Below the pieces are notes generated by a model. That model made no database searches, was not told the DNA's origin, and saw only the letters and a program-made list of their open reading frames with translations. Shown piece after piece: positions 26,282 to 39,560 of a stretch of DNA of 64,000 nucleotides (the stretch's first letter is position 1; each line of letters begins with the position of its first letter). The translations under genes were made by a program, and so were the position numbers. The stretch lies in the NCBI GenBank assembly GCA_013239625.1, contig MU053652.1, forward strand, positions 7,431,902 to 7,495,901, given 5' to 3'. This DNA is from Lama guanicoe (lineage: Eukaryota).

Positions 26282-27889
26282 GTAATTAATTACCTTCAGT
26301 TTTCAATGTTCTATATTGGCCAATATGAGATGGTAGAAATTGTTCTGAATATGTCACAAGTTAACCAGGTATATCAATGCATATGTTTTGTTGGCTGTTA
26401 TAGACTCCCTGGAACACATTACACTATATATATCTACTCTAAATTAGATTTTAAACTGTAAAGGTAAACTACCCAATATATGATGTTGTTCTGGGTAGGT
26501 AGTGGTTAATGTCATAGATCTGTGAGAAACTTGAATTTTGGAATATGTATAGCTCCATATTCAGGGGGTTAAACTTTGTAATTTACAGTTATTTGAGAAA
26601 AGTCTTAACAAACTTATTCTTATGATTTTAATTATACTGTGTGGTAAACTAGATATAATTCGTTTTTATAGATGGACTAAATTTTAAAAAGCATTGCTTT
26701 TCCTAACGTGCTTTTTCTTGGGGTCATTTGGGAAATGACATAAAATTAAAATTTGACTTCTAGATAACTGTTCTTGTATATGTCTTTCCATGACTTCAAA
26801 TTATTTCAATATACCTGCTCAAGAAAGCAGTAGATTTCCTAAAATACTAGTTATATACTTTTATTTGGCATATAGTTCCATTATGCTTAATGCGATGCAG
26901 TGGAAAATGCAGGATTATGAAAACTAATGAAAAGAAATTGGAGAATTTTGTGTGTTTGTAGTATTAAAACATGAAACATATATTCAGAGTATTTTTTAAC
27001 CAACTAAAGAGGAAAAAAGAAATGATAAATATTATTGAGAAAGAATAAAGGAACTTGAAGAGCTGCAACGTAAGATTATGGGTTTCAGCACATACATCTA
27101 TTAATTAAATTGTATATAGACCCCCAGAGAAAAACACTCTTTTTCTTTTATGAATTTTCAGTAACACTGGACATACTTTAGCTGTATTGTCATATGTATG
27201 TGATTTGTAAATCAAGATGATAAAATTCTGATATTTCCATATTAGAGATGAAATGAAGTAGTTAGAATGAAAATTAATAAGATTTCTAATAATTTGAGAA
27301 ACATAATTGCCTATTAAAGTGAGTAAGATTAACCTTTATGTGCAGGACATAAATGTGAATTCTAAGAAATATTCTTGTGTCTTGTACTTGCCAAAGACAT
27401 ATGTTGTAACTTTAATACTGAGTATATCACCCATACTTACCTTTGAAAGACAAATACCCCAAGATACTAAAAAGTAACTGCAAGCACTGTCAGATCAAGT
27501 ACTAAAATTATATGAATTGTGGCTTAGTGCACACTCAGCACACTTCAACTACAGCATTTAATTTTAAGAGATTATTTTTTTAATTCACAAAATTTCTATA
27601 GGTTCTTTGGCATATTCATTAATCACCCAAGACTTTTGGAAATGGAATTAACTTTACAATGTAAATGAGAAAGACTTCTTTCTTGGAAACAACAACATTT
27701 CAGTCAGTGCCAAAACCCACATAATTGTTTTGACATCCAGCTTACTCTTTGCAGTCTTTTGATGGTTATTTGTTGAGATCTCTCAGCTTTAGTTTACCCG
27801 GCTGTCTCCATATGTAATCCAGCTAGTTTTTAACCCCATTTGAAAAAATTTCCTTGTGCCAATAGAAACATCTTTAAATCAAACTGGAA

Positions 27890-28343
27890 ATTTTGCCATT
27901 TGCAGCAACATGGATGGGCTTGGAAGGTATTATGCTAAGTGAAATAACACAGACAGAGAAAGACAAATACTGTATGATATCACTTATATGTGGAATCTGG
28001 AAAATAACAACAAACTAGTGAATATCACAAAAAAGCAGCAGACTCACAGATACAGGGAACAAGCTCGTGGTTGCCAGTGGGGAAAAGAAGGGGGGAGGGG
28101 CAATATGGGGTAGAGGATTAAGAGGTACAAACTATTATGCATAAAATAAGCTACAAGAATATATGTATATCCTTGTATGTATCATATATATATTTAGTAC
28201 AACACAGGGAATATAGCCAATACTTTATAATAACTATAAATGAGGTATATAACTTTTAAAATTTTTGAATCACTGTACTGTACACCTGTAACATATAATA
28301 TTGTACATCAACTATACTTTAATGTTTAAAAAGTCTTGAAAAA
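27890..28343 (+). mobile_element. L1 3' end with perfect 14-bp TSD
   Basis: TSD aaatcaaactggaa at 27876 and 28344; ORF2 terminus and 3'UTR. Confidence 0.9.
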
Positions 28344-28539
28344 AAATCAAACTGGAAGATACATAGAAGAGAAAAGAAGGTATTTGTTTTACCACATCAT
28401 TCATTGCAGGGTACCTGAGTTATAATCAGCACCTGAGTAAGCCAGCCTAGTAGGCAGGGATTTAGTTTCTGAAGATGGAAGAGATCCCCCAAAAATGATT
28501 TGGATTTCTCATTTAACTCCTTTTAACAGAGATCAATTT

Positions 28540-28967
28540 TGATAGGCGTTAGCTACCATAAACATTGGTTATCAAACCTCTCCGAGATCCAGTGGCTTAA
28601 GGAAAAAAGTATTTCTTTAGCTCACAAATCTGTAGGTTAGCTGGGAGGTTCTTCAGGTCTTGACTAGGCTCTCCCACATGTCGAGGATGGGCTGGCTTTG
28701 GGGTGATCTGAATGGTCTTGACTGAGGTATCTCATCTCTTTTCAGTGTGTCTCATCTTCCAGAAAACTAGTGATAGACTGTCCTTCTCATGGATGACAGA
28801 GAAGAGAGCAAGCCCAGTTGTGCCAGTGATTGTTAAGCCTGTGTTTATGTGAGCAAGTCAGATTGCTGACCTCAGAGTCAAGAGTCGGAGGGCCCGACAA
28901 GGCTAGATGGCAAAGAGCATGGACACCGGAAGAAGTGAAGAATTAGGGCCATTTTGGAATCTACCAC
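28540..28967 (-). mobile_element. MLT1 (G/H-like) MaLR LTR
   Basis: cagtggcttaa...gctcacaaatctgtagg...gaagaattagggccattttggaatctaccac. Confidence 0.7.
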
Positions 28968-29108
28968 GGAGATTGTTTTAGGATTGTATGCACTACTGCA
29001 CAATATGTGTACTATCTGTATGCTCGGCTGCTTCCCAAGAGCAGAACTGCTTCAAAGCTGTTAAAACCTCACAGGGAAGTGCACAGTTAAAGCTGTACCA
29101 CCTTACAG

Positions 29109-29560
29109 CACCATGTCCTGTAAATGGTGCACACAAATATTCAAAGCTCATATTGTTGACTAATAATAGGAAAGATGCCATTTGGAAACACTGTGCTGAT
29201 ACTAAGGTCTGCTGAAACTTAAAACAGTACCATTCAGGTTTTTCTAGATTTACCTCTTAGGAGAAATAAAGGAAATGCAATTAAATGTTGAATTACTGCT
29301 CTCAAGCAACCCATTTGTGAAGATAATGATCTCACCTAGAAGGAAAAAATAGGTTCTTCAGTCCAAGAAGCACTGTCCAACACCAGGAGTAATATGTAAA
29401 AGATCCTCCTTCACTTCCTCAGGCTAATTAAGAGCAATGGCATCTCTAAGGAGTCTTCCTGCACAAATTTTCCACAAGTGCCTCACTAACGTTGTCAGTT
29501 ACAAGTCATGACTCTCAGCAGCTGGGTTTTGTTCAAGATCACGCAGTTTATCTTCAAGAG
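29109..29560 (+). pseudogene. CPLANE1-like exon remnants (29109-29237, 29423-29560)
   Basis: DAIW/KT~EAVW...WKT; LRSLPAQIFHKCL~LRMTPAQIFQEKL; cctcag acceptor and gag|gtaata donor. Confidence 0.6.
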
Positions 29561-30111
29561 GTAATATGAATTTTTCTTGTTAGGTTCCTTTGCCAAGCAA
29601 ATTGTACAATAGAATTGTGAACATTTAAAAATATTTCTGTCTTCTTCTATCCCATGAAAAGTGTAATTATTAAAAACTTTCATTTACTGTGATTTGCTGC
29701 TACGTAGATTTTGACATGCTTCTCCCAATTTTATAGTCTTGTGACAAGCATTCCGTTTCATGAAATTTTAAATGTCCTTCAATTAAATCCGGCAACCTCA
29801 CTGTAAATGAAAACATTGTGATGTATCTAATTAATAGTAATAATAGCTAAATTTTACTGGGCCCTCATCGTGACTCTAGGCCAGCATGTTTAAATTGTGC
29901 ATCGAATTTAAACAAGGGTATTATAATTGTCAGGAAATTGAAGGCCAGAGCAACCAGGTTTCTAAGAGATCCCTTCTGGTGGGTGGAAAAAGGGGTTGTG
30001 CTCACCTTGCGAACCCCTTCCTACACTACAGTCTGGAAATAGCCTCCAGGCAGAAAGCCAGGGAGCCAGTAGAACTCACCTCCTTAATTATCCTTCTCTC
30101 GGGTGTCACAG

Positions 30112-30505
30112 CGGGCCTGCGCTACCTCTTGCTTAATGGCTGAAAACGGTTGTTTTTGTACATTCTTTCCAGTTTTCTCTTTGTTTATCACAAGGGAAGT
30201 CTAGCACCAGTTACTCGGGCACGATAGCAGGATTCCTCTGGCATGTTGTTTCTAGCGGGCCAACTTTTCCAAGAAGGGAGATGTGCAGGAATTGGAAAGG
30301 ACCAATCCACGGTATTTATCATACCTTCCCATTCTGATTTTGTCTTTGATACTGTCTTTTAGATGGCCATTGTCTGAATGCTCCACAGAGTTTGGGACAA
30401 TCTCAGATGTACGGAATCTCAGTCCACATCTTATACATAGGATGGTTTGGGGACAGGCATTCTTTCCCTGCCCATTAAAATACCGTCATAGCACTGCAGT
30501 TTAAA
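30112..30505 (+). pseudogene. CPLANE1-like exon remnants (30112-30311, 30363-~30505)
   Basis: SCLMAE~SVMAD; LWHVVSSGPTFP~LWGLVPFGLYLP; QMYGI...HSFPA~QKVSGI...CSFPV; second exon runs into an old L1. Confidence 0.65.
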
Positions 30506-31795
30506 ATTTTGCTCTCTTCTTTCTCTAGTTTTGAATCTCAGGTCATCAAATTATATAGCAATTTTTAGTCATCTTTCTCTGAGATGTGGGTGGTCTTGTT
30601 TATCTGTCAATTTAGGTATTTCTTCAAAGTAGGGAATTTTGTGAATATTATATACTAAAATCCTTTCTCTGCTCAATTGGTTAGAGTTTCTCTGTAAGAG
30701 CATAAGTTATCTTTATGTTGGCTTATTTTTTTCTTGCCTCAATATCTATTATTTTCTCTCAAATTGCTTTGATTGCTTCGTCTTTTTGTCTGCACTGACT
30801 GTAATTATCTCAAGTCATTCTTGTATGTTGTTATCTCAATTTTAAAGCATATCTATTCTATACTTTGTTTTTTGGTTTTTTTTTTCACTTCTGTAGTAGT
30901 ATATTTTGACCCTCAATTCATTTCATTGGCTCTAGTGTAATCTCTTCATCTCATTCTGTTGTTTTATCATCTGGTGTTTGACTTTTTATGTATTAAATCC
31001 TTGTTCACCTTCATTTCTCCAACACCACAAAACACTAGTGGGAACGCTTCCTCTGGCTTTTGACTACCATTATTTTTTAAGCTATTTTTTTTTAATATGC
31101 CATATTCCTCTTTTGGGAAGATTGTTCAGTATTTTGTGAGACCATTTCTTTGAATCTTACTGAATCTAGGAAGTTGACGTCTCCTAATCTATAGCGGATG
31201 ACTTCCTGACTCCCTTACCTCTGACTGATTGTGTTTCTAGCGGAATTACATTTTGGAACTCGGGTATTTTTCTGTGTTTACTTTTCCGTGACCTGTTTAG
31301 GAAGCATCTGTCGGAACTTAGTGCAGTTTTTGTTGGAGAGAAAGGGCTCTTTTGAGAATTTTTCTTACTCCTGTGCAAACTTTTTCTTTACCTGATAAAG
31401 ACCAGGAGTCCTACTTCCACAGAGGAGGTGGTAGGAGTTTGGAGAAGGGAGCGTATGTACCCCGGAATTTTGCATCGCTTTTTTAGGTTACAGAGGATGC
31501 TTGGGGTCTCCGTGTTGATCGGTAGGAGCCATCTCCCCTAACTCACTCCAGCCCCACTTCACCATCTTCCTTCATTGAAAATTTAAAAAGAAATCAAATT
31601 GGTGGTATTTGTGAGAATTTTCCATATTGAATCAACTCCCAGTGCTTGTGGTTAAGGTCCACACTGCACTGTGCGCTTCCTTACTTGCTTGTGGATTGGT
31701 GGATTTTCTTTTCTTCTAGTTATTATTATTATTATTTTTTATCCATTTTGTTAGCTATTGGAGGAGGAAGAAGTCTATCATTTTTACCTGGAAGT
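30505..31795 (-). mobile_element. Old L1ME/HAL1-like ORF1 and 5' region
   Basis: T-rich antisense ORF1-like composition ending in a more GC-rich 5'UTR-like segment. Confidence 0.5.
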
Positions 31796-32389
31796 CTGGT
31801 GCTAATTTTTAATTAAGTTTGGATTTTGCATTAGGAAAATGTCTGTTTTTCCTGTTGAATTGAAATAGTTCCCATTATAATTTAATTAGATTTATATTAC
31901 TTTTATTGTTAAGGAGTTTAATGCACTAGCTCTCCTCAGCCTAGTTTTTTGCTATAAGCATCTATTCTCAACTTGTATAACATGAGTTCATGACTCTTGT
32001 TATTTTGTCAGTGGTTCTATGCACTTTTGCTTTTGACTGTAAGCCAACTCAAATTCTATTTGGAATTAGGTAAGATATGTAACTTAAAAACAAAATTGCT
32101 TTCTTGGAAACAAGACAATCTACTGTAAATTCTTATTATAACAACTGCTTCCATGCCAACTGTCAATATGTTTTTCTTTACCATCATAAAGGGGTTCAAA
32201 TTATTTTAATTCCGTAGCTTTACAAACTAAATGTGATTCAGTTAAAATTTAAAATATGCACACACATTAGGTTTTTTTTAGCCAAGTGGTCACTATTTTA
32301 TAGAATCTTTAAAATAGAAACATAGCTTACAAATGGGGGCCCATTAATGTGTGCATCTTAAGGTTATTTGATCTTGCTACATGCCCTTT

Positions 32390-32550
32390 GTCTGCATGAA
32401 GAGATGGCAGAAGCAGCAGCTGTGTCAGAATCAGTTAGAGGGATGTCACTGGAGATGAAATTTATTCTATTAATCTGATTTGTCTTCATGAAAATCTGAG
32501 GAAGAAATTTTGCTCAAGTCATAGATATCTAGAAAAGGCGAAGCTACTTC
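32390..32550 (+). pseudogene. CPLANE1-like exon remnant
   Basis: LRKKFCSSHRYLEKAK vs VRDKLSYSCRQYQKAR. Confidence 0.6.
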
Positions 32551-33307
32551 TGATAATAGCATTATTTTAATCCTAAGAATTGCGACTTAGATATTGGAAC
32601 CCATAGTATTGTGTTTCCGTTTCTTGTTTGGCTTTTCAGAAACTCCAAACAACACTGTGACTTCTGTTAACTGTGTAGGATCTTATGTTCTGTATTTCAG
32701 GTATCTATCTTCCTCTGACTCTGTTTCCTTTCCTAATTCTCATTTTTCCTGTTTTAATTTACTTATTTACTTGTTCATTTGAAGACTCTAATACTCATAA
32801 GATATTTGGAGTTAGATTAAGCATAATAAATATTTAGCCATTCATCTCATTACTGATACACTATATTTAAAATTTCATTAACAGAATGAATAGAATTATA
32901 AAGTCACTTTACTCAAAGTAAAACTTAAATATATGTATATAAATTTCAGCCCCATTTAGGATACCAAAAAAAAAAAACCAGGAAACATCTTAATATACAA
33001 CAATAAAGGAGTAGTTAAATATAGTATTGTTTATGTATGTGATTAAATGGGCAAATGTTTATGATGTAACATTACTAACATAATGGGATGCAAAACTCGT
33101 ATAATATCATCTTAATTTAGTTGTAATATGAATAGCAAATATCTTCAAGTAAAACATATCAAATGTTAAATGTTACTCGTGAGTATTGATTAGAGGCAAT
33201 TTGTATTTTGTCTTGTGTCTCTTTTCAAGCATTCTACAGTGACTATTACTTTTATTAACAGAAGCATACACTATTTATTTATTTTTGCTGTCTATATGAA
33301 ATGTACT

Positions 33308-33582
33308 TTATTTTTTTAACATCTTTTATTAAGTAATAGTCATTTTACAATGTTGTGTCAAATTCCAGTGTAGAGCACAATTTTTCAGTTATACATGAAC
33401 ATGTATATATTCATTGTCACATTTTTTTTTCCGCTGTGAGCTACCACAAGATCTTGTATATATTTCCCTGTGCTATACAGTATAATCTTGTTTATCTATT
33501 CTACATTTTGAAATCCCAGTCTGTCCCTTCCCACTCCCTGCCGCCTTGGCAATCACAAGTTTGTATTCTATGTCTATGAGTC
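33308..33582 (-). mobile_element. Short (~275 bp) young L1 3'-end element
   Basis: Closely similar to 15240-15526 and to the reverse complement of 35298-35580. Confidence 0.85.
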
Positions 33583-33726
33583 AGGAACATATACTATTTA
33601 AAATCATCTTTTAACTTTTATCTTACTGCCATAATCTTAAAATACATTTTGAAGAGAAAGATACTGGTATTGTTTTGTTAAACTAAGGTGTTGATTTAAC
33701 TTCTACTCCCACCCACGCTTTATTAG

Positions 33727-34076
33727 GCTACTAAGGACCTGAAGACCTTAACTCCTGAAGAAATTGTGTTTTTCCTCTAAAAATAAGCAGAGATGAGTCT
33801 CCTTTTGCCATGGTGATTGGAGTGATTTTTTTTTATCATAAAGGTGAAAATCTAAAGTGTCAAACTCATATGTGTAGGTACTCAAAAGATCAACTGGGCC
33901 CAGGAATTTTCTGTAACTTGTGAAGTAAAGTTGGCGGAAATTTCAGTGATAGAAACTTTCTCTTTCATAAAGCAGACTTATTCTGCAGCATGCCATTGCT
34001 AAAGGAACTGAACTTTTCCACACTATTTAATCTTAAATTTTTACTCTACTTCAAAGGCTTTTATATTCTGAAAAAG
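33727..34076 (+). pseudogene. CPLANE1-like exon remnants (33727-33843, 33973-34076)
   Basis: KDL match; TI*S*IFTLLQRLLYSEK vs LIQDIILSLIGELPPIRK; AG/GT boundaries. Confidence 0.5.
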
Positions 34077-35297
34077 GTAGTGTGGGAAATCTGGTTGTGC
34101 AAGATAGATCATGATGAGAATGCGGCCGTTTTCCTCCGTACATAATTATGCTGATTTCATTTTCTTATTATTCTTTATTGACATTAGTATCATTCTCCAC
34201 ATGTTGAGAACATATAGAGTGTATTTTATTTCAAAGGAGATAAAAACACAAGAGATGGATCGTAATTGCTCATGTGGCGTTATGAGTGACTTTTTCTCCT
34301 CAGCAAAATGAGTGCTGTTTCAGTACAGCCTCCAGTGCATTGAGCACTTGGTAATTTTGTTTCCTTAATCTTCATCTTTTCTTCACAATAAAAAATACTC
34401 TCTTTAGTGTTGGGATAAATGTACTTTCTTTCCTTTCATGTCTACTCTACATTCATAGCTAAATTATCGCTTTTGAGGGATTTTGTTTTAGCCGTGTGTG
34501 TTTATGTGCCCATGAGTGTTGTTTGCATAGGTGTGAGTGTGTGTTAGAAAAAAGATGACCAAAGAATTTGAACCAAAAAGTAATCATTATATTTAATTAT
34601 TTTAGTGTTCCCAATAATGTGAGAAGTCAACATTTTAAGAAGATTTGTTCTGCAATCTATAGCATTAAGTTATTCTGCATTCCTCAACAGTGTCAGTGCC
34701 TTTGAACGTCCAGGTGTGAACGCAGCGAGAATTCTTCTAGTTAGCAATTTTTGGCACTAGGACTTAATATCAACTATAGGCGGTATTAGTTATTAGTTTC
34801 CTCTCCTTTGCTTTTCATTAAAAATATTTAATTAACATAACAATGCCATGAGATTGTTCAGATTCTTTCTCCAAAGAGAATTTTATTTTATTAAAAATAT
34901 GCCAAAAATAAATTATCCTTTTAAGTTTTGTAAGCTTCTGGAAATGAAAACATTTGCTTGACTGAGATTTGGCTTACATTTTTCCTGGAGTGACTTACAC
35001 AAAACATAAATAAAAGTGAAAGAATTTCAATATCCTTGGACGTTCTCTTGCACTTAAAAACACTGCTTCTAATCTCAACCTCCTTGTCTCATTTGAGGAT
35101 TTGGGTTTTGCTTCTATTTTGTAAACATAGGAAGAAAAGACTTAGTGTGTTTGAAAGATGGTCATAGCTCTTGCAATTAAACCAGCCATACCACAAGTAT
35201 GAATGCTTCACCTAAAAATAGACTTTCAAAGATTATATTATCTATTTATTTTCTGTTTCACTTTGGGACACTGATTCTTTAAAAACATTGCCTTTTT

Positions 35298-35580
35298 CAG
35301 AAACAGACTCATAGACATAGAATACAAACTCGTGGTTGCCAGGGGGGTGGGGGGTGGGAAGGGACAGACTGGGATTTTAAAATGCAGAATAGATAAACAA
35401 GATTATACTGTATAGCACAGGGAAATATATACAAGATCTTGCGGTAGCTCACAGCGAAAAAAAATGTGACAATGAATATATGCATGTTCATGTATGACTG
35501 AAAGATTGTGCTCTACACTAGATTTTGACACAACATTGTAAACTAACTATTACTCAAAAAAAAGTTAAAAAAAAAAGAAA
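35298..35580 (+). mobile_element. Short (~280 bp) young L1 3'-end element
   Basis: Same family as 33308-33582; A-rich tail. Confidence 0.85.
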
Positions 35581-35655
35581 ACCTATATCAAAAACCCATG
35601 ATCAAACACACAAAACCACATTTGATATTAAAATGTTAAGCACTGGAGTTAAATT

Positions 35656-35742
35656 AGGGTTCAGGAAACTATAGCCTGTGGCCAAATCTGTCCCCCCTCA
35701 ATTTTTTTCAAATAAAGTTTTATTGGAACACACACACACACA
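35656..35742. mobile_element. MER58-like fragment ending in (CA)n
   Basis: aaactatagcctgtggccaaatctg...aataaagttttattggaacac. Confidence 0.6.
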
Positions 35743-36159
35743 AAGTTTTTTCATATTTATTTTATTTACTCCTAGTTTTCCATATTTTCATATATTTTTA
35801 AAATTAATGTTATTACTCTTATAATCAGAAAAAAAGATTATTTGGAAAAAGAAAGAAAGCAAAGGAGAAGACATCAACCAACTAATCAAGCAAATAATAC
35901 CATTTTCATAAATCATGAAATGTAAATTATATTTATTTCCTAAAATAATAAGAAATGCTTTGATTCTTAAATTTTTACCATATAGTTTTCTGATTAAAAA
36001 TAAATGTTTATTGAAGAAAATTTGGAAAATATAATAAAGGATAAAAAAACTTCCTAAAAATTAAAAAAAATTGCCTTTTTAAAAAAACAACTCTCAAATA
36101 CCCACAAATGTAAGAAAAATCAACTTATTCTGCTCATTTAAAAATAGAAAAAGAAAACT

Positions 36160-37075
36160 TGCTAGCCCTCATTTCTCCTTTATTTTTTTTTTAACATCAA
36201 AATTCTTCAAGAAGTTTTTCTACTCACAGTCTCTGATTTTTTTCCCTTCATTCTTTCTTGAACCATTCCAACTAGCTTTTATCTTCACCACTTCACTAAA
36301 ACAACTTTTGTCAAGGTCACCAGTGATCTCTATGTAGTTAAATCCAATGCCATCTCTTAATCTTCAATACGGTTGACCTATCAGCACCTTCTGACACAAC
36401 TGATCCTTCTATTCCCAAGAAACTTTTTTGGCTTCCAGGAGTTTTACTCCTTTCAATTTCTTTTGCTAGCTGCTCCTCATTTCTCTAACCATTAAAGAGT
36501 GGAATGACCCATGCTCAATCTTTGAATCTCTTCTCTTCTCTCTCTATTCATTTTCCTTTTACGACTTTAAGGACTCATTGACTTAAATCCTTCCTATAAG
36601 CCAGAGATGTCTAAATCTCTCTCATTATAATATCTCTCGTTCTCCTTCAGCTACACTGGCCTCATGGATTTTCCTTGAATACTCCAGGTATATTCCTGCC
36701 TCAGAACCCTTGCACTTACTTTTCCCTTTGTTTGGAATTCTCTTTTCTCAGGTACCAGCTTGTTTTCTGACCTCCTTCACATCTTTACTTAAATGTCACA
36801 TTTTCACTGACACTCTCCTGGGAACTCTGTTTAAAATTTCACCTCCACATGCCCTCTTTCCCATTTTTCTGTTTCATTTCCCTGTTTAGCAGTCCTCATC
36901 ATCTTACATACTGTATATATTTTTAACTGAACTTGCTTATTGTCTGTCTCTCCTAAAATTAGAATGTAAGTTTGAGTTTTAACTCTCTTGTTCAGAACTG
37001 TATCAACAGAACCTAAAACAGTGTCTGAAATGTATTGGGTACACAATAAATATTTGTCGAATTTATCAGTGAATG
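36160..37075 (+). mobile_element. L2a element
   Basis: gtcaaggtcaccagtgatctc ORF motif and caataaatatttgtcgaat tail. Confidence 0.8.
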
Positions 37076-37213
37076 CAGCAAAACTGTTACTAATGTGGCA
37101 TACTTTTAAATTTTAGAGTAAATTATGTTATTTTGAGTGGTAAACTTATTCTTCTGAAATACTTTGCATAGACTATTATCATATATAAGTTTATTTTACC
37201 TTACACAAAATAG

Positions 37214-37517
37214 ACCCTCTCATAAATTTTTCTTGGATTAATAAAATCTTTGTGTGCATATAAGTAGAAGTGAAAAGATATTCTGAGAGACATGATCAAA
37301 GTACGATTTAAAAATGTATCACATAAATAATGCTGTGATAAATAAGTGGATTTAATAGGCGAGACAGTGAATACAAAATCTCTGTTATACAATAAAATAA
37401 GATTGTTAAAGAGCTTTGTTTGGAGACATCTGGAAAACTCTACATGGCACCAAAATGACATTCTGAGGATGATTTCCTTTGTAACGTCGTAATGCCTTGA
37501 CTGAGACTAACTTATCT
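37214..37517 (+). pseudogene. CPLANE1-like exon remnant
   Basis: LS*IFL~VAEIFV; EVKDILRD~DVRVPLRD; DIWK~NIWE; tct|gtaagt donor. Confidence 0.6.
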
Positions 37518-38559
37518 GTAAGTCTAGATATATATTTTAGGTAACCTTGTATTAGGAGAAGTGCATTTTTTGCCTCCAGGAGAATTCTGAACTAATTGCC
37601 AAAAATATGCCCTTGCTGTGTTCCCTGAGCCAGGATTCTGCTTTCTCCAGGCAGTCTGGATGGCATCATTCTGGATTCATGGTAAGATCTGGCAAGGAGT
37701 CTGGAGACAGGAATTGTCGTCTCAGTCCTTTTCACCCCTCTCTTCTTCCACCTACCACCCATCTCTCAATATTCAGTGTTTAATCAGAGCAGTCTGTTAA
37801 TGACACATTGGAATGTCATGGGATACAATCCGTATGAAAGAGATTTGTAGGGTCTTACTAGGAAATGATAATATGATTGCTTTCCAGAGATATTGTTGAG
37901 AGAATTATTAATTATATGAGAGGTTGGACTAGATGTCTTTCAAGATCAATTTTCAGCCTCTAGATCTGATCATCTTTAAAAGTTGTCTATTTACATACTG
38001 CTCTGTAGTGTTTATGCAAGGAAATGCAATTTCATTCCTGGGCCTTATTTATAATTTCTCTTTAATAGTCTGTAGTTGAAAAAATACTTTTTACTCTATA
38101 AATTTTGCATGAATAAATAATAGAGTCTGGAAGCAACTGGCAGATAGTTCCTATAAGAAAAGAAAATGATAGCTCTAGAATATTTTTAACCATACATGAC
38201 ACATTGCAGAAAATGTATATGAGACAGAAAACTGGTTCCAACTGAAGAGCAATATAGTATATTATTTGGCCCAAGTTTGTCTCCTTCTAAGAGAGGAGGT
38301 GGCAGAATATGAATTGTTCTCTGAAAATGTAGACAAAAAACTAACATTTATTTTGATGTGCATATTATTCAGCAGCCTCATTAATAAAAAACAGGCATCT
38401 AGCATTTGTAGTCTTGAAAAGAAAAATTAACATATCATGTAGTATTTTGGCCAGAGTATGATACATATCAAATAAAAGTTCATATAAATCAGTTTATAAA
38501 CTTTAAATAAATTTTGAACCAGAGTTGTTAAATTTTCTGCAGATCTCATATAACATTAA

Positions 38560-39560
38560 TAAGAAACTCTGAACATCAAGGAAAAAAAAAAACACCTGAA
38601 CTATAATTGATAAATTGTTAGAGGCTCAGTGTTGATGAAACAGTTAAAAATCCTGGGGGACCCAGTCATTGGGGATCCTCCACAATTTTGTGAGTTTTAC
38701 CTTCATGCATCTGCTCTCAGAAGAAACTATTCACCAGAGGCTCACATTCTATGGTTTTATCAGAGCCTAGCCTATCTAGAAGAATCTGTCCCACGTAAAG
38801 GGGGAAAAAAATCTGAGAAGCACTGATTAAATTCATAGTCCAAGGGCACAGCTTAGAAAAAGACTGAGCCTTCATCATAGAACTATAGAACCCTTCCTCT
38901 CCATCCAGACCTCACCACTATATTACAAAAGACCTGTTTACTCCAGATCCCTTTACCCAGTACATAAAATTTCCACCTTTTAACATAAAATTATAAGACA
39001 CTCCAAGACAAAAAAATCACAGTTTGAAGAGGCAGAGAACCAGAGTCTGACATGGCTGGAATGCTGAAATTATCAGACCAGGAATTTTAAAAATTAGGAT
39101 TAATATGCTAAGAACATTAATGGAAAAAGTAGAAACATGCAGAAACAAATGGATAATGTAAGTAGAGAGATGGAAATCCTTAGAAAGAATTTTTTTTTAA
39201 TGCTAGAGATCAAAAACACTAACAGAAATGAAAAATGCCTCTGATGGGCTCATTGGCAGACTAGACATGGTAGAGGAATGAATCTCTAAGTTTGAGGATA
39301 TCTCAATAGAAATCTCCAAAACAGGAAAAAAAAAAAAGATCAAAAACTCAAAACATAATATCCAAGAACTATGAGATGACTACAGAAGGTATAACATACA
39401 CATAATGGGAATACCAAGAAAAGAAAAAGAGAAAGGAACAAAAGCAATATTTGAAGCAGTAACAAAAGAGAATTCCCCAAACCACAGATTCATGAAGCTC
39501 AGAGAACACCAAGAAGAAAAAATGCCCCCCAAAAAACTATGCCTAGGCTTATTATCTGCA
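38560..39560 (+). mobile_element. L1M 5'UTR/ORF1 fragment
   Basis: ORF1 motifs (gatgggctcattggcagactagacatgg; MGIPRKEKEKG). Confidence 0.75.

Noticed and set aside
30000..30310. CpG-containing patch with RFX-like motif as a promoter
   Set aside because: Better explained as a decayed coding exon; not a CpG island.
34663..34739. Exon-like LSYSAFLNSVSAFERPG resembling CPLANE1 AFFRPG
   Set aside because: Out of colinear order with neighbouring matches; treated as chance or unresolved.
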